A DNA stretch of 63,212 nucleotides, filler included, from Asterionella formosa (lineage: Eukaryota), in the NCBI GenBank assembly GCA_002256025.1. It is 7 parts of 7 records of this genome, joined end to end, with 100 filler letters (N's around TTAATTAATTAA, not from the genome) between each part and the next. Parts side by side here need not be neighbours in the genome. Positions count along the whole stretch, not along the records: positions 1 to 27,166 come from NKIB01001582.1; positions 27,267 to 54,413 come from NKIB01001584.1; 5 more parts are not named here. One strand, 5' to 3'. Below the pieces are notes generated by a model. It had not been told where the DNA came from and did no database searches. It worked only from the letters and a program-made list of their open reading frames with translations. How positions within the stretch are numbered: position 1 is the first letter of the stretch; each line of letters opens with the position of its first letter. Positions 22,030-35,030 of this stretch are shown in pieces. A program made the translations under genes and the position numbers.

Positions 22030-23280
22030 ACATTCATCCTATTTCAGTCAGTTCACGCCGTTGGCGCAACACATTAGCCGGAGGTCACCTAAACCCATTG
22101 TTGGTGACAACATCAAGAATAATTTGCCAAATCTGTGAAGTACCTTGTACTGCATCCAATTTCTTGACAGTTGGAAGATAAGCCCACCCAAGAGGAGCAT
22201 TGGGCATTGGATCAACAACAAGCTCTAAAGTATTCAGAAATTCAAAACCATTAGCAAGTTCTTTCTTTTTATCATCATCCATGAGTAGGCAAAAATTGTG
22301 TAAGCGGGCACAAGCAGAAAGAATTGCAACTGATTTCTTCATCCTGAAAGACAAGGATGTCCTCAGGATCCTCCATTTATTAGTGAGTAATCCAAACGTC
22401 ATCTCAATTCTAATGCGGAGTTGTGAAAGGAAAAAGTTGTATGCATCTTTGTTTGTTGATTCCCTTTGACTTCCAACAAATGGACAGAGCACTTGATCAG
22501 TCAATGCTTGAGCAGCATCACCTACTATGTATTGTCCTGGACGAAGGTTGGATACAATCTGAAAAAGTTTTGTTCTTTCAAATGCCTTCTGATCTGGACA
22601 TTTTCCTGGTGCCACGACACCAAAGTATAGGAAACAACAATTGCTGTTGCAAACAGCTTGAAAATTCAATCTATATGACATATAATGCCCAGACCAATAT
22701 GCTTGAGGGAAGCCATCACAAACCTTTTTTCTTGGTTTAGAAATAGGCTGTAAATATCCATCTATAGAACCAATGCATCCACAAAATAGTTGCTGCTCGC
22801 TTTTTCAAGGAATCCATTCATCACTGTTTGTTTCTCCTTGTTTGTTGTAGGTAATTTTATTGATAATGCTGTGCAGGAGTTCACCGCATCAAGGAATGCT
22901 TTAGTGATGGCATAAACAGATGGATAAGAAACTCCATTGACATGACGAATGTCTATGAGGTTTCCGCCTGCAAGCCAGCGAAGTCCAATGGCAAGGATCA
23001 ACTCAGGATAAATATGCTGAATTGAGCTGTATAAACCGGAACTTGCATTTGATTTAACAACATTAACTGTGATGGAAGGTCGAAGGAGTTCCAGAAGTTT
23101 ATTGAAAGCTTCAAGAGACATGCGATATTCAAGATGAAATCTATTCTCATGAAGAAGCTTTGTGACATGATCATTCCAGTCAATTTGTTGATGCTCCCAT
23201 TTTGGAATTCGCACTGGCTTTGAGTTTCGTTCATAGGACTCCAAAAATGATAATTCAACTGCTGCAATTAACAAAAATCT
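22030..23280 (-). pseudogene. Harbinger/HARBI1-like DDE transposase pseudogene
   Basis: LAIGLRWLAGG, LNFQAVC, YIVGDAA and YNFFLSQLRIRIEMTFGLLTNKWRIL motifs. Frameshifted and stop-interrupted. Confidence 0.9.
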
Positions 23281-23369
23281 CTGTTGTTCCGCTTCTATAT
23301 CAAGATTGTCAATTACATCCCTGCCGTCAGGTTCTTCCCGCCGGTCGATTTGTCATTGTCGTTACAGTA

Positions 23370-24300
23370 ATGATAATTGTCATTTCCTTCAAACATTTAT
23401 CAATCTCATTAGGTTTAGGACTGAGAAAAATTCCATCATCAACATAAACCATAAAGTTAGTTGAACCGCAGTAGAAGATGCAATCATGCATTGGCGTCGC
23501 TTTGTGTAAAAAATTGTGGGAAAGAGTGCAATTATTGGATAGCTTTAACATACTATAAGATTTGATTTCAATTTAATAATACATGATGCTTTGTGATGTG
23601 CACTAATGAGCTACATGCTGCTGCTTAAGCTAACATCATGTCCCAACAAGCACTTCAACTGCTATGCAATTTGCCTAATGAAACGTTTTTTTATAAGAAA
23701 CGACATTCATTTAGCAATAAATCTTCAAATAACAATTGTCAAAGGCATGATAATTTGCCTTCCCGTGATGAGTTTGTCTGGTACCAATGCCATACTTATA
23801 TGCAACAGCCTTGATGTTGCCAGGGAGTTCCCATGCTTCACCTGTGCATTTATCATGCAAGGTGAAGAAACTTTTTCATTCTTCACTTTGTGGAAACAGT
23901 GGTCACATTAATACAAATTAGAAAATAGCACACCATCCTGCAGAACAAATAAAATTTACTTATGTCTAGTAAAAGGGAGATCTCATCATATTCATTCTTG
24001 GACACCCCAAAGAAAATTAAGCCAATTTAGTCACTGTGATGAACATAATTGGGGTTCAAGACAGTGAAGTGTACAGTATGCCAAAATGGAGGTAGTGCAT
24101 CTTCTACAAGTCCCATCATCTGGAGAGTGGAATAGTGACTAACAGCAGATTTGTATTGTGAATGGAGAATTCTGAAGAAACAGTGGCAAGATGCAGGGCC
24201 ATGCTTGACAGGACAACAGCCAGCAGGGGGTTGAGAAGAAATATTTTCCAATCAGTGAAAGCTGAGGCTAGTCAAACACATGTGGCAAGTGACTAATTTG
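23370..24300 (-). mobile_element. Ty1/Copia pol remnants (reverse transcriptase fragment)
   Basis: DCIFYCGSTNFMVYVDDGIFLSP at ~23380..23490 contains the YVDD motif. The flanking sequence is heavily decayed, so the extent is approximate. Confidence 0.55.
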
Positions 24301-24417
24301 ACACCTAGTATGGTATAGGTAATGGGCATGGTAACCCCAACATGCATTTGCTGAGTCCCTATTAGGTTTATGGCAGATTATTGTCATTGGTGAGCAAGTT
24401 CTACTGTCATGGTTCCT

Positions 24418-25584
24418 TTACTGATTTGTATTTTTCATTTGATAAAGTTTTGACAAGATTGCTATTGGAATGGAACCTCCAATGATCATTATCAATTGTA
24501 AGAGTGATAAACCTACCCCATAAACTCGGTTCATGATTTCGTCTCTGACTTGTTTCACTCGCTCATGCAATTCCTCCAATGATCCATCATTCATCACAAC
24601 CAATTCACTAAGCCTGATCTTTTCATCAATCGGCATCTGAGACTTGATCCGGTCCTGACATTGTTCAGGTGAGAGTTCTGGGTTGCGCTTGATCAGTCGC
24701 TCCAACTGATGCTCGTTGGAACATGCAACCACAATAACGAGTCCAAATATCCATCGTAACTTCCCACTTTCAAACAATAAAGGGACATCCGCCACACAAA
24801 GATCGTTGGAGCTCATATAGATTCCGTAGAAAATCTTTTTAAGCATAATGTAAATGATACGAGGGTGAGTAATACTGTTGAGTAGTCGCCGTTTGGAAGG
24901 GTCCGCGAAGATGATTGCTCCCAATTCGGTCCGATCTATTTCCTCGTCCTCATTTAAGATCTCCTGACCGAATTCATCCACCACTTGACCATAGACAGAT
25001 TCCCGTTCGTTTTTTAATAAGATATCATGTGCAATCGTATCCGTACACACCAAAAAAATTGATCCTTCAGTGATCGACTCTGGGTTGTTGGCCGAGCCTT
25101 TGCCATATAGCAAAAAATTGGATACAGTCGACTTGCCACAAGCTATTCCACCAGTTAGGCATATGGGGAAGAAACCTTCTCCAAAATATACTCCCATACA
25201 AAGAAAAGCCATTCGAATGCCAAAGAGCAATCCAGTCGCCGTCGGCGACAGAGCAGGTGTGTTCGCTGGACATTGAATTCCCCAAGACTGCGCCAACGTC
25301 TGAAGCGAATAACGTGGTCCTTCATCCAAGGGCAAACACCTGATGCTAGGCAATACTAGTTCCATGACGAGATCTGCCAGAAGCAATCGAATGGCGCTAT
25401 TCCAAAAATCGGCACGGATCCCTTTCGGGTTGTGAGCGGCAATGCGAATGCTGACTTGGCCCAAAAGCAGACCAAACGGAATTATCAAGAGGCATCCCAT
25501 TACGACTTCTTCTGCAATTGTTTTTGGAGGCAATGATCTTTCACCAAAGGTAATTACCAAGCGGGAGAACAGAGTTGTGATCAT
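24418..25584 (-). CDS. coaE: Dephospho-CoA kinase with membrane-spanning extensions
   Basis: P-loop LTGGIACGKSTVS, IDRTELGAIIF, LNSITHPRI, DVPLLFE and RIKSQMP motifs. Confidence 0.92.
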   Translation of the reverse strand: MITTLFSRLVITFGERSLPPKTIAEEVVMGCLLIIPFGLLLGQVSIRIAAHNPKGIRADFWNSAIRLLLADLVMELVLPSIRCLPLDEGPRYSLQTLAQSWGIQCPANTPALSPTATGLLFGIRMAFLCMGVYFGEGFFPICLTGGIACGKSTVSNFLLYGKGSANNPESITEGSIFLVCTDTIAHDILLKNERESVYGQVVDEFGQEILNEDEEIDRTELGAIIFADPSKRRLLNSITHPRIIYIMLKKIFYGIYMSSNDLCVADVPLLFESGKLRWIFGLVIVVACSNEHQLERLIKRNPELSPEQCQDRIKSQMPIDEKIRLSELVVMNDGSLEELHERVKQVRDEIMNRVYGVGLSLLQLIMIIGGSIPIAILSKLYQMKNTNQ

Positions 25585-25940
25585 TCTCTCGAGTGTGTGA
25601 ACTCAAATCCAGGGGCGAATGGTAAAGGGGCTAATCAAAAGTAACGATGAAGTCGACAAAGAGTAAAACGTAGAGTAATAAAACGTTAAGGAAAAGTGCG
25701 CTGGATGTTATCAAAGGCACACGTACATCGTGCCTATCAACAAAGTACCGGTATTGTTCTCTTGTGACTTTTTTCTGGTATCGTCTGACATTGACACGGC
25801 TGTATTCGGAAAAATGGAGTGGAAGTTATCTTAACTCCAAAATGCCATGCAGCTCTTGCAGGCGAAGGAGTACCGGTAGAATACCGTCACATGTGCGCCT
25901 CTAATCCAAGAACCATTATCGAAACAGAAATGAATGGTAA

Positions 25941-26230
25941 GAGCATCGCCACCGCAATGACCAACTATTAAAGCCAATTGAAGTTGAAAATATCAATACA
26001 CGTCACTTGGTCGAGAAAGTTTTTATCAGAGCATCGCCAACGCATCGACCAAATACCAAGCCAATTGAAGTTGCTGGCCATTACACGTCGTGATGCGTTG
26101 CTTTGGTCCAAAAAACAAAAATATTTTAGCCACCGCATCGACCAAGACCAAATATGCTTTGGTCTTGATCGAGGATGACCCCCTTATCGACCAAATATCA
26201 GGTATTTGGTCGATTAGACTCCGACCATAG
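25941..26230 (+). mobile_element. Pong/Tourist-like Harbinger termini (two adjacent left ends, at 25941 and 26029)
   Basis: taa|GAGCATCGCCA..., closely similar over ~80 bp to the element end at 61811 that precedes a transposase. Confidence 0.65.
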
Positions 26231-27166
26231 CCAAATAAAAGGAGCATTTCTATTGGTTTAGATTGTGGCTCGCGCCAGCAACATAACGTCAACTGTTTAA
26301 TTGATCCACAAACGCTTACAATACACATTTACCTTACTCTCTTGATGTAGACCAATAATAAACTAAGTACAAAAACCTTTGAATAATTCTGGCAGCTATC
26401 TATAAAATGTTGCCCTTCCAATCTTTGACGATCCCAATAAGATATCGTCATCCATTGATGTCAAAGCAGGATGCTACATGGGAAGGAGCAGGAGCAGCAG
26501 GAGCAGCAGGAGCAGCAGCCAACGAGGATGATTCATCATCGGTTTCAGACAAAACCAAAGTTGGATTATTTTGGCGCTGTCAAGAGCAACAATCAATAGC
26601 GATGTGCGAGTTTCGTCAAGGCAGCATTGTTCCTCGTGTACCGTGATGTGTCATTGTTGGCAGAAAGCTGCATGTCCCTGGCTAGCATCGATATCTTCTT
26701 CCCTTGCATGCCATGGGTATATTGTGTAATAGTTTACTGTGTCGATGGTTGATTAATCAGCCGAAGAATTTAAAAAATGTATCCAAGAGAGTTGCTGTGC
26801 CATTTAACGAAGGGTTTCACGCCAATCAAGGCAATGTTGTTTAATGGAACAAAATGAAGGAGGGAATAGGTGTGATCCAATTGCATCTCAATAATTCAAG
26901 TGCTTCCAGTTCTCCACTGTCCCACCTGTCATCCACCACTGATGATTTTGATGTAGTAGATGATTCCAAATGAAGGAAAAATAATATAGATAACATGTCA
27001 ATGCTAGTATGATTGATTAGAAAGCTAGGCTATCACTCTAGCTAATTGGAAAAACGGAAGGTTTTTCTATTCTAGAATACCAATATACAAATGCATAGTC
27101 ATATTAGTTTTTGATGGGCAGTTTAGATACTAGGCGTAGTACTAGCTGCGTAAGAATAAGGAATTT

Positions 27167-27266
27167 NNNNNNNNNNNNNNNNNNNNNNNNNNNNNNNNNN
27201 NNNNNNNNNNTTAATTAATTAANNNNNNNNNNNNNNNNNNNNNNNNNNNNNNNNNNNNNNNNNNNN
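27167..27266. other. Artificial contig spacer N44-TTAATTAATTAA-N44 (also 54414..54513, 56174..56273, 57934..58033, 59694..59793, 61454..61553)
   Basis: Six identical 100-bp spacers with an all-frame stop core, separating contigs in descending length order. Confidence 0.97.
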
Positions 27267-29299
27267 TTTGTGGATGCGGATATCGGCGCCAACAACTGCT
27301 TGTGCTGTTTGTTCTTTGGCAGTCGATATCAAGGGAAAATGTGAAAGAGGAAAAAATAATAATTGAATCGAAATTAGGTACTCTTTACTTAATTATGTGG
27401 TGAGACCAGCATAATATTGCCGTGAAGTGGCGTAATTTCGCCATTATACCGTTATGAGGGCTAGTTGGAAAAAAATATTGTTGCGAACTCACATAATTAT
27501 TGGTTTGATCACATAATTATTAGATAAGTAGAATAAATTTTGTTTTAGAACACATAAATTTTGGTTTGACCCGAATAAATTCCCAAAAAAGTAGCATAAT
27601 ATTTTAGAAAAGTAGCATAAATACGTCACTTTAGACATAAATTTGAAAAAGTGCCGTAAACGGCGTCTTAGATGTACAAGTCAGTGGCTGATTTAATAAA
27701 GCCCCTTAGTAATCAACGGGAGTCATCACCAATTTTTCAAATGGTCTAAATCATACATTTATGTATATAGACACATTGACCATATACAGTCGAAAAAATT
27801 CATATGGCCTACCATTAGTATTGTCTACTTGCTGGGTATTACTTCTATCATGGGAGTACCACAATAGTGCACCGGAAAACTGAATATGCTCATGTGTTTA
27901 GGATCATTTGATCATATTTCTGAGATCAATTAATCCTGATTCCTGAAAATATATTTTGATCTTTCATTTTTTATCAACAACACCAGCATTTATCATATGA
28001 TCAATATGTTATGATCAAAGGTGTAGAATGAACAAATCAATATTTATTGTTTAAAGGTCATACTTAATACCAGAGTAGTGGCTCATGCATGCAAGCAACG
28101 CACCCCTTCCCCCCCTGTATACAGCACGGAAGTGATTACTCCCAAGCAACCAAATTTTTATGTCTTGTAAGAATTATCGTAGCATTCATGAATACATGAC
28201 TCCTACTGGTATATAGAATGCGGAACCACCAGACTACCAATCCTATAGGTCTTGTAGCATTATCGCAACCTAGCCGCTACATATCTAATGAAAGGGAGGA
28301 GTCATCCATGCACCTGTATGTGAAATATGGAAATGATCAAATATGCACAAGGAGCAGTGCATCATGTATGCCCTGTTACTTTGCTTCACTGGACAGCATT
28401 CGAATTAATTGTGCTTTGAACAAAGCAATGATCAAAGTCCAACCCATTGTAGAATGGCGAGTCTCAAAACTATGCATCAGCCAGTCAAGACCATCTTTTT
28501 TGCACCCTTGTTGTGTTTGTACACTGACTTGGCAACTGTCAGCCAAGAGCAGCCATGGTATGCCACCATTTATTGTCAATTCGAATTTTCGAATGCGTTC
28601 AGCTATGATAACTTTTGCTCCTTGACACTATCTCACCGCCGTTGTCATAGATTTTTCTTTATCCTTTGGCTGAACAGGCCCAGGTTACTCAGCCAATGCC
28701 TTCTTCTGCAAGTTCATCCAAGCAGTTTGGTATCAAGAATACCTCAACCCCGATTTCCTCACATGCTCCACCCATCAACTTCTTCATTGATGAAGTTGAT
28801 GTAGTTATGTTGACTTCAGGTAGCGCAGGCTTGTGTATAGATTGATGATGCCGAAAGCATTGTTTCCTTTTCCGGTAAGTAACTATTTGTCAAGAACATT
28901 GTTTGGGTCAATCCATTCTTGTTCCCGCAAGACCAGCAGCAGACCAATTATCCCTTCTTTACTTGTCCTCCCAAGAACCTTCATTTCTCTTTCACCATTG
29001 TCCTGATGTTTGCAGAGCATTTTTGTTCCCTTTTGAATTTTCCACTGGTTTTGATCCCTTTTGCATTCAAGTCAAGAAACAAGCAACTCAATGAGATTTC
29101 TGGAGCTTTTGGTCAGTGGCACCATACAGCAACAATCAACAGATCATGGCGGTTTTTCTCCATTTTATGTAGCAATTGACAAAGTGACAATCAAGGAGCA
29201 AGGGTCTGGGATCATTGGGGAGAAAAATTAGTAGTAGGATTCTCTGTGTTTGCCCGGCCCGTTTGGCAGCCATTCTACCATTGCTTCCTCGCACCAATC

Positions 29300-31680
29300 A
29301 ATACTAGATAGTTTAGCTAATGAAAACCGTAATTAGATGAAATGTGACTTCCGGTTTCTAATATGTTACATTGTTGCACTACTGAAACTTGAATAGATAA
29401 ATGGGCATTCAACTTGTGCTTCTTGCATTTTTGCAGTATAGACTGGCTGGTTTTCGATAGGCCAAAGTGTCTCGCTTTTCTTGAACATCTACAAAGTACT
29501 AGTGCTTTTGTCGAGGTTTGTGTCTAAATCCAACTGCTGCAATCCATTGAAACATTCCAGATACATCAAAGAATACGCTCGTCTCCTGTCTTCAAAGATA
29601 AGGAACTAGTACGATGACAAAGAAAATCTAATGAGACATGAAAATTACGAAAACAGAATCACAGTGTTACTATAAATAGACAGTCTCATGCTTCTTTGTG
29701 CATATCGCCTGCTATGCTGCGTTTCAATTCTAGATGTATTACGTTCTTATTAGAGAGATGATGTTACGGAGAAGTAGATTGTGCTGTTCTATAATGGATG
29801 TTGTTTAGCTATGATTAAGGATGTAACACTGATTGAGTTTTTTTAAAACAAATTTCTTGACAAAAATGCATATCCCGATGGAAAATTACCATGTATCCCA
29901 CCTGAGTATTGTGTCTCCCAATCTAATGGCAAATACGCACCAGAAAATGAGTGGTGCCTTGTTATATCGCATAATCCTATTATGCCTACACTAATAAATC
30001 ATTTTTTGGTGGTGACTTAGAAGGATTATTTGGTGCAACTCCATTTGAGGTTCTTCATCAATTACTACTTGGAATATTTAAGTACATTTTGGAATCATTG
30101 TACAATTATTGGACTATCCCTGAAGAATGGACATGTTTTTTTAAGAAAGAAAAACTCCAGATATTCCAGAGAACATCCCTGATCAGAAACGTAGCACTGA
30201 AGCAACAGACATTTTGCTTTTCTTGTTCAACAGCAACCGAAGAAACGGGCAAAGACCAAAAAGGACAGACACACCAGATACCAAAGATATTTACACTGGC
30301 AAAAATTAAAACCCAACACTTGTACCAGCACCAGAAATGAATTTTCGAAACTGTACTTCGAACAAAGTGCTAGATATATCAATAGTCATTTGGAAAGGCA
30401 AAGCGATCGTGATATTCCAAAATTGTCATACAGATAGGCGACAGCTTTGCCAAAAATGTCAAGGCAAGAAATTCCCGGATTTTGTCTTTTGACTATTTTT
30501 TCAATGGGTGGAATGATGGTTCAGAGAACATGCACCTAGAAAAGGATTTCACATTGCTGTTATGTTTATGTATTTCTATCAATGATACTTTTTTCATAGT
30601 ACCGCAGTATAGATCGACATGTATTGATATTTTAGACAAAAGGATTAAGAGATTTATGTCAGCTACTAAGAGTATGATTGGTCGCTCCCCAACGGGAAAT
30701 GATATCTCAAATTGGCTTACGAATGGCTAAATATCATGGAATGAAACATTAACTTCATCTGATTAGGAAGTTCGGATCTCCTCTTAATTTCTTTGGTGGA
30801 TATTTGGAGTCTTTTTTGAAAGAAAAATTGAAACGAGTGACCCAGTAAGCGTGTCAATGGACAATCACATCGATTTAAGCATGACATTTTAACAAGGTCA
30901 TATGAAACAAGGCAGTTTTCCTTGGAGCGAAAAATTGTTTTTGCAAGTGATTCATTACATACAGAAAACAAACAAAAGAAGATGAGTAAAGTACATATCA
31001 ATGTAACTGAGGGTATTTCAACAGAAATTGATTTCGAAGGAATAGTTCCAGATACAAGGATACTAGTACGTCGCCTGATAATTTGGGAATATCGCCTACC
31101 AAGATCCACTCACCATGCATCCCTTCCTGTTAAAGTTCAATTCTCTGCTTGATCATCAAATGGTCTAGGGACGATAGCAGGTGTCCCTAATAAGATTGGG
31201 CATGTATCACGCACGGAATAAAGATGCACCCTTGTCTCAGAGGATGAACCAATTGGCAATTGGTTCATCCTGATTACCGAAGGGGGCTAACTACGTAAAG
31301 AACATTGCTAATTCAGCAATAGAAATATCAAGAATAAAGGTTGGGCCTGTTTCCATTGTAAGGATTGACTTTTATTATCATGTTAAAATTGATAGTAACG
31401 TTTTCGGCCAAACTACTATTTTCAGGTGAAAAAATGCATGAATCTCTGGTCGTGAATGGTTTGACTGGGTCGAAGTGAACTGAGAGAAAGGTGATCGATC
31501 AAGTTCCTACACAGATCCGGCAAAACTACTTCTTTTGGGAAATGTTATTTTCTCCAACACAACAATCATTCTCTTAGCGTGTATTCGTTCCTTGAAAAGT
31601 TCAACTGAAATGAAAATTCATTAGCATATGTTTCTGCAAGAGGAGACACCTTATGCAATGATACAACTGAATTGAGCGTT
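29300..31680 (+). pseudogene. Plavaka/CACTA-type transposase pseudogene
   Basis: Motifs in the expected order: TPFEVLHQLLLGIFKY (~30040), RQSDRDIPK (~30400), IRKFGSPLNFFGGYLESFLK (~30770) and GREWFDWVEV..PAKLLL (~31450). Many stops and frameshifts; boundaries are approximate. Confidence 0.6.
31241..31271. repeat. Perfect 31-bp palindrome
   Basis: AGGATGAACCAATTG-G-CAATTGGTTCATCCT (15-bp arms, 1-nt centre). Confidence 0.9.
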
Positions 31681-31949
31681 GTTGAATTTCATAGCAAACT
31701 TTCGGTAGCATTTGTTGTTCCTGCTTTGAAACCACAGGAATAAAGCCAAGGAAATATCTGAAACCGGCGCAAGAAGTTTTGGAACAGAAACAGAAAGAAA
31801 TTTTTTTATGTTGCCATGCCTCCACATCATTTATGGAAATCAATCGGGTGGAACCAAAAACTAACAACCGAACGTTGGTAAAGATACAAGAATAATATAA
31901 ATATTTATGATAATATAGTTTCACATACTAGTTAAGTTATTAGGAGGTT

Positions 31950-34030
31950 TTCACAACCTAAAATTTCCTAAGGAATGATGAGATTGGATGATTCCAATGG
32001 TTCATTATTTGCTCTTTTTCACTCCCAAAGAACCTAAGATGGTCCTTCTTGTTTCGTCCAACATTATTCTTCTCCACTTTTCAACTGCAGTTCGATATGA
32101 TTCTGTAAACTTTTTCAATTTGATTCCAGAAGGGCTATTATCAGTTAGAAAATATTTTTTCAAGTTTTTGTCAATTTTGATGCAACCAGAAAATTATCCA
32201 AGTGGTGGATGATTATACCATTTGAAGGGAGCAACTTTTTCATTCATTTGTTGGATCATGGATTTCACGTAGACAACATCATCCTTCTTGAAAGAAGAAT
32301 TGCAAGGAAGTCGTTGAAATACGTCGTTCAACATTCCAAAATCTAAATAGGAGCTCAAAATTTTGTCGATACAAAATTGAAGAACAGTTATTTCCAACTG
32401 AAACATATCCTCACGAATATTTGTCGTTGTCACTTGAGGCCAAACTGTTCCAAGATGAAAGCATGTTGACTTGGTTGGTGGGTCAGATGTAACAGATAGC
32501 AAATCTTCTGTTCAATCTGTTGCTACCACCTGACATTTTATAACTTTCCAGGACTCCATCTCCAAATGGAATTGTGCCCGGCCGGTTGCCAAGAAATTTG
32601 GTTTTGCCATTCCTTTCTAGTTGCAATAGAGTTTCCAATACTTTCACAATTGTAAAAGGTCCACATGACCATCCACTATTATCTTCTGGTTGAAATAACA
32701 TGGAATCAGGTTCAGTGGCCATAATGAGCGATCTGCAATGGTGCTTTGGTGCCAGTATAGAAAGATTCCGATAAACCAATTTCTTCAGGTGTATGATGCA
32801 GTAGTACTAACGGGCAAGGTGAAATACTTGATCATAATGTTCATCCAAACTTGCATCTTTTCCTGGATCACGGACTTGACATAATCCATCAAAATGGTTG
32901 TTTTCCTCCTCGCCTGATCTTTTGCAATTAACAATTAGCACATAGTTACTTTCATGGTGATGAGACCTCAGGATGAAGTGGCTAACAATCACCTTGGTAT
33001 AGTATATACGGTTTGTTATTACCTTTTCTGGTTTCTCGTCCAGATCAAATATAGTATAACCTTTACATCTGTTGGATGAAGTTCATGAATTATATAATGG
33101 ATCATAGAGACAAGAGGTAATTGTTTCAGGGTCCCAATATGCAAGATCTTTAAAATCTGAAGATTATTCTTGATACCTTTGACTCCATAAAATAAAGAGG
33201 CGTAATTGCATATTTCTTGTGGGGTACGTGTGTGCAAATCTTTCCTCAATTTTAGTTGTCTATGCGTTTTTGGCAAACTCAAGGAAAATGCTGTTTGCTT
33301 TGGCATAATAACTCTACACATTTCACATGCCGACTCTTCACAGAAGCAGCTGCCTTCGAGATTGTTCCTCGATAATTTTACAAAGAAATCCTAATCTTTT
33401 TCTTCTATGTGTGAATTGGAAAAGATTCAATTTTGTGCTTCAAACTTTGTTCCCGACTCAGTGCATCAATTGCCTTAGCCAGGATCACCACATCTCTGTC
33501 TGCATTGATCTTCTTGAATTCGAGGTCTTGATCTAATGCAGACCTCTTCTTGAATATCTTTACTTTTAGAAATGCAACAGTTTCTCTGCTTTCATGATGT
33601 TCATTTTGATGTTCTGGACGAATAGTGAGATATATTTCTTGGTTTTGCAACTTTTTAACCATTTCTACTTCAGAAGTGATGATGTCTCCCACATTTCCCC
33701 CAGTATTTTCATTCATCGCACGAACTTCTTCATCAAATGAATGAGAATCACTGAGTTCTTCTTCATTATCAGCGATTTCAGGAGAATGAGGAGCAAAATA
33801 CGACACTGGATGGAACTGTGACTCTGTAGGAATAGAGTCTTCATCTGTGAAGAACAACTGTTTGGGTTTCCTCTTCGAAAGCAATCTTTCCTTCTTTTCA
33901 ATCTCTGCCACAATTGTATCGGCATACTTCATTATTTTTTCTGGAGTATCATGAATCTGTTCAAGTTCATCTGATCTTTGCGTGCATGATTCAAAGTAAT
34001 CTTCGATTAATTTCAAAAGTTTCTTCATCT
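31950..34030 (-). pseudogene. Degraded second TE gene with a possible Ulp1-like cysteine protease segment
   Basis: Chain of broken minus-strand ORFs. FQPEDNSGWSCGPF resembles the C48 Q-x-D...CG motif. Convergent with the Plavaka-like gene. Confidence 0.35.
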
Positions 34031-34089
34031 TCTTTTCCGAAAATGTAAAGTCATGTAGTGTAAATGACGGAAGTAAGTGACATTTCTTT

Positions 34090-35030
34090 TTTCACTGATC
34101 CTTTCCATGAAATCCATGAAATGTCATTTGGAAATTGGTCAAAGGGCCAGAAGACTATGATGTAAAACAGTGGAAGGGAAATGCGGAGCTTTTTGCGGAG
34201 CTTGGCTGTGGAGGTGCAACTGGTGTGATGGTAACCGGAAACCATGCGAAGGATGTGCGATGGCAAAAGAGCGATCGAATGGTGTACCAAAAGTATCTAT
34301 GAGCAGAGTGACAAGGCCTGCAGAGCGCGTGTGGTGCACAGATATTGGTGGACCATATAAAAAGTCCATCATAGGCAATGACTATTGGATTTTGATTTTG
34401 GACCACGACTACTATTCTGGCAAAGCTTGGAGTTATTTCGTCAAGAAGACGAAATCTCAAATGGGCACTATTGTTGATGATCTACTTATGATCTTGAAGG
34501 CTGCATTCTACAATGTGCAATATCTACGCTGCTATAACGCTGGTGAAAATGTCAAAGGTCTCACAAATACTTTTGTGAAACACAATATCAAGATTGAGTT
34601 CACAGTTGTTCCATACACGCCACAGCAGAATCATGGCATTGTTGAAAGAAAGTTTGTGACAATTTGTCAACGTGCTTGTGCTGCTATGTTCGCAGCAAGT
34701 TTTGCAGATGAATTCAAAGGTCTTTTGTGGGCAGAGGCTACTAGTAGCACTCTTACACGCTTATCAAACAGTGTGGCATCGACCAAAGATGTCAAAAGCG
34801 CTGACGAACTTTTTTATGGATGTACCTAGTACGATTTACAAGCATCTTATTCAGTTTGGTTGTGTGGTCTGCCTGGTGGTTGAAGAATAGTTCACAGAAG
34901 GTTACCAAACTTGATGCCAAGGCTATCAAGTATGTAATGGTTGGTTACAGTCTGAATCATTGAAGTGACACGTATAGAATGTTCAACACAGAAACAAAGA
35001 AGATACTTAACAGTTGCAGTGCATATGAAA
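34090..35030 (+). mobile_element. Ty1/Copia integrase fragment
   Basis: CEGCAMAK zinc finger, TDIGGP, YLRCYNAGEN and YTPQQNHGIVERKF, then KLDAKAIKYVMVGYS..YRMFN in a shifted frame. Confidence 0.85.

Noticed and set aside
26483..26520. (GGAGCAGCA)n run and surrounding short ORFs
   Set aside because: A microsatellite in decayed sequence; no assignable gene.
27211..27222. TTAATTAATTAA as a biological motif
   Set aside because: It sits inside N-runs identically six times and is an artificial linker.
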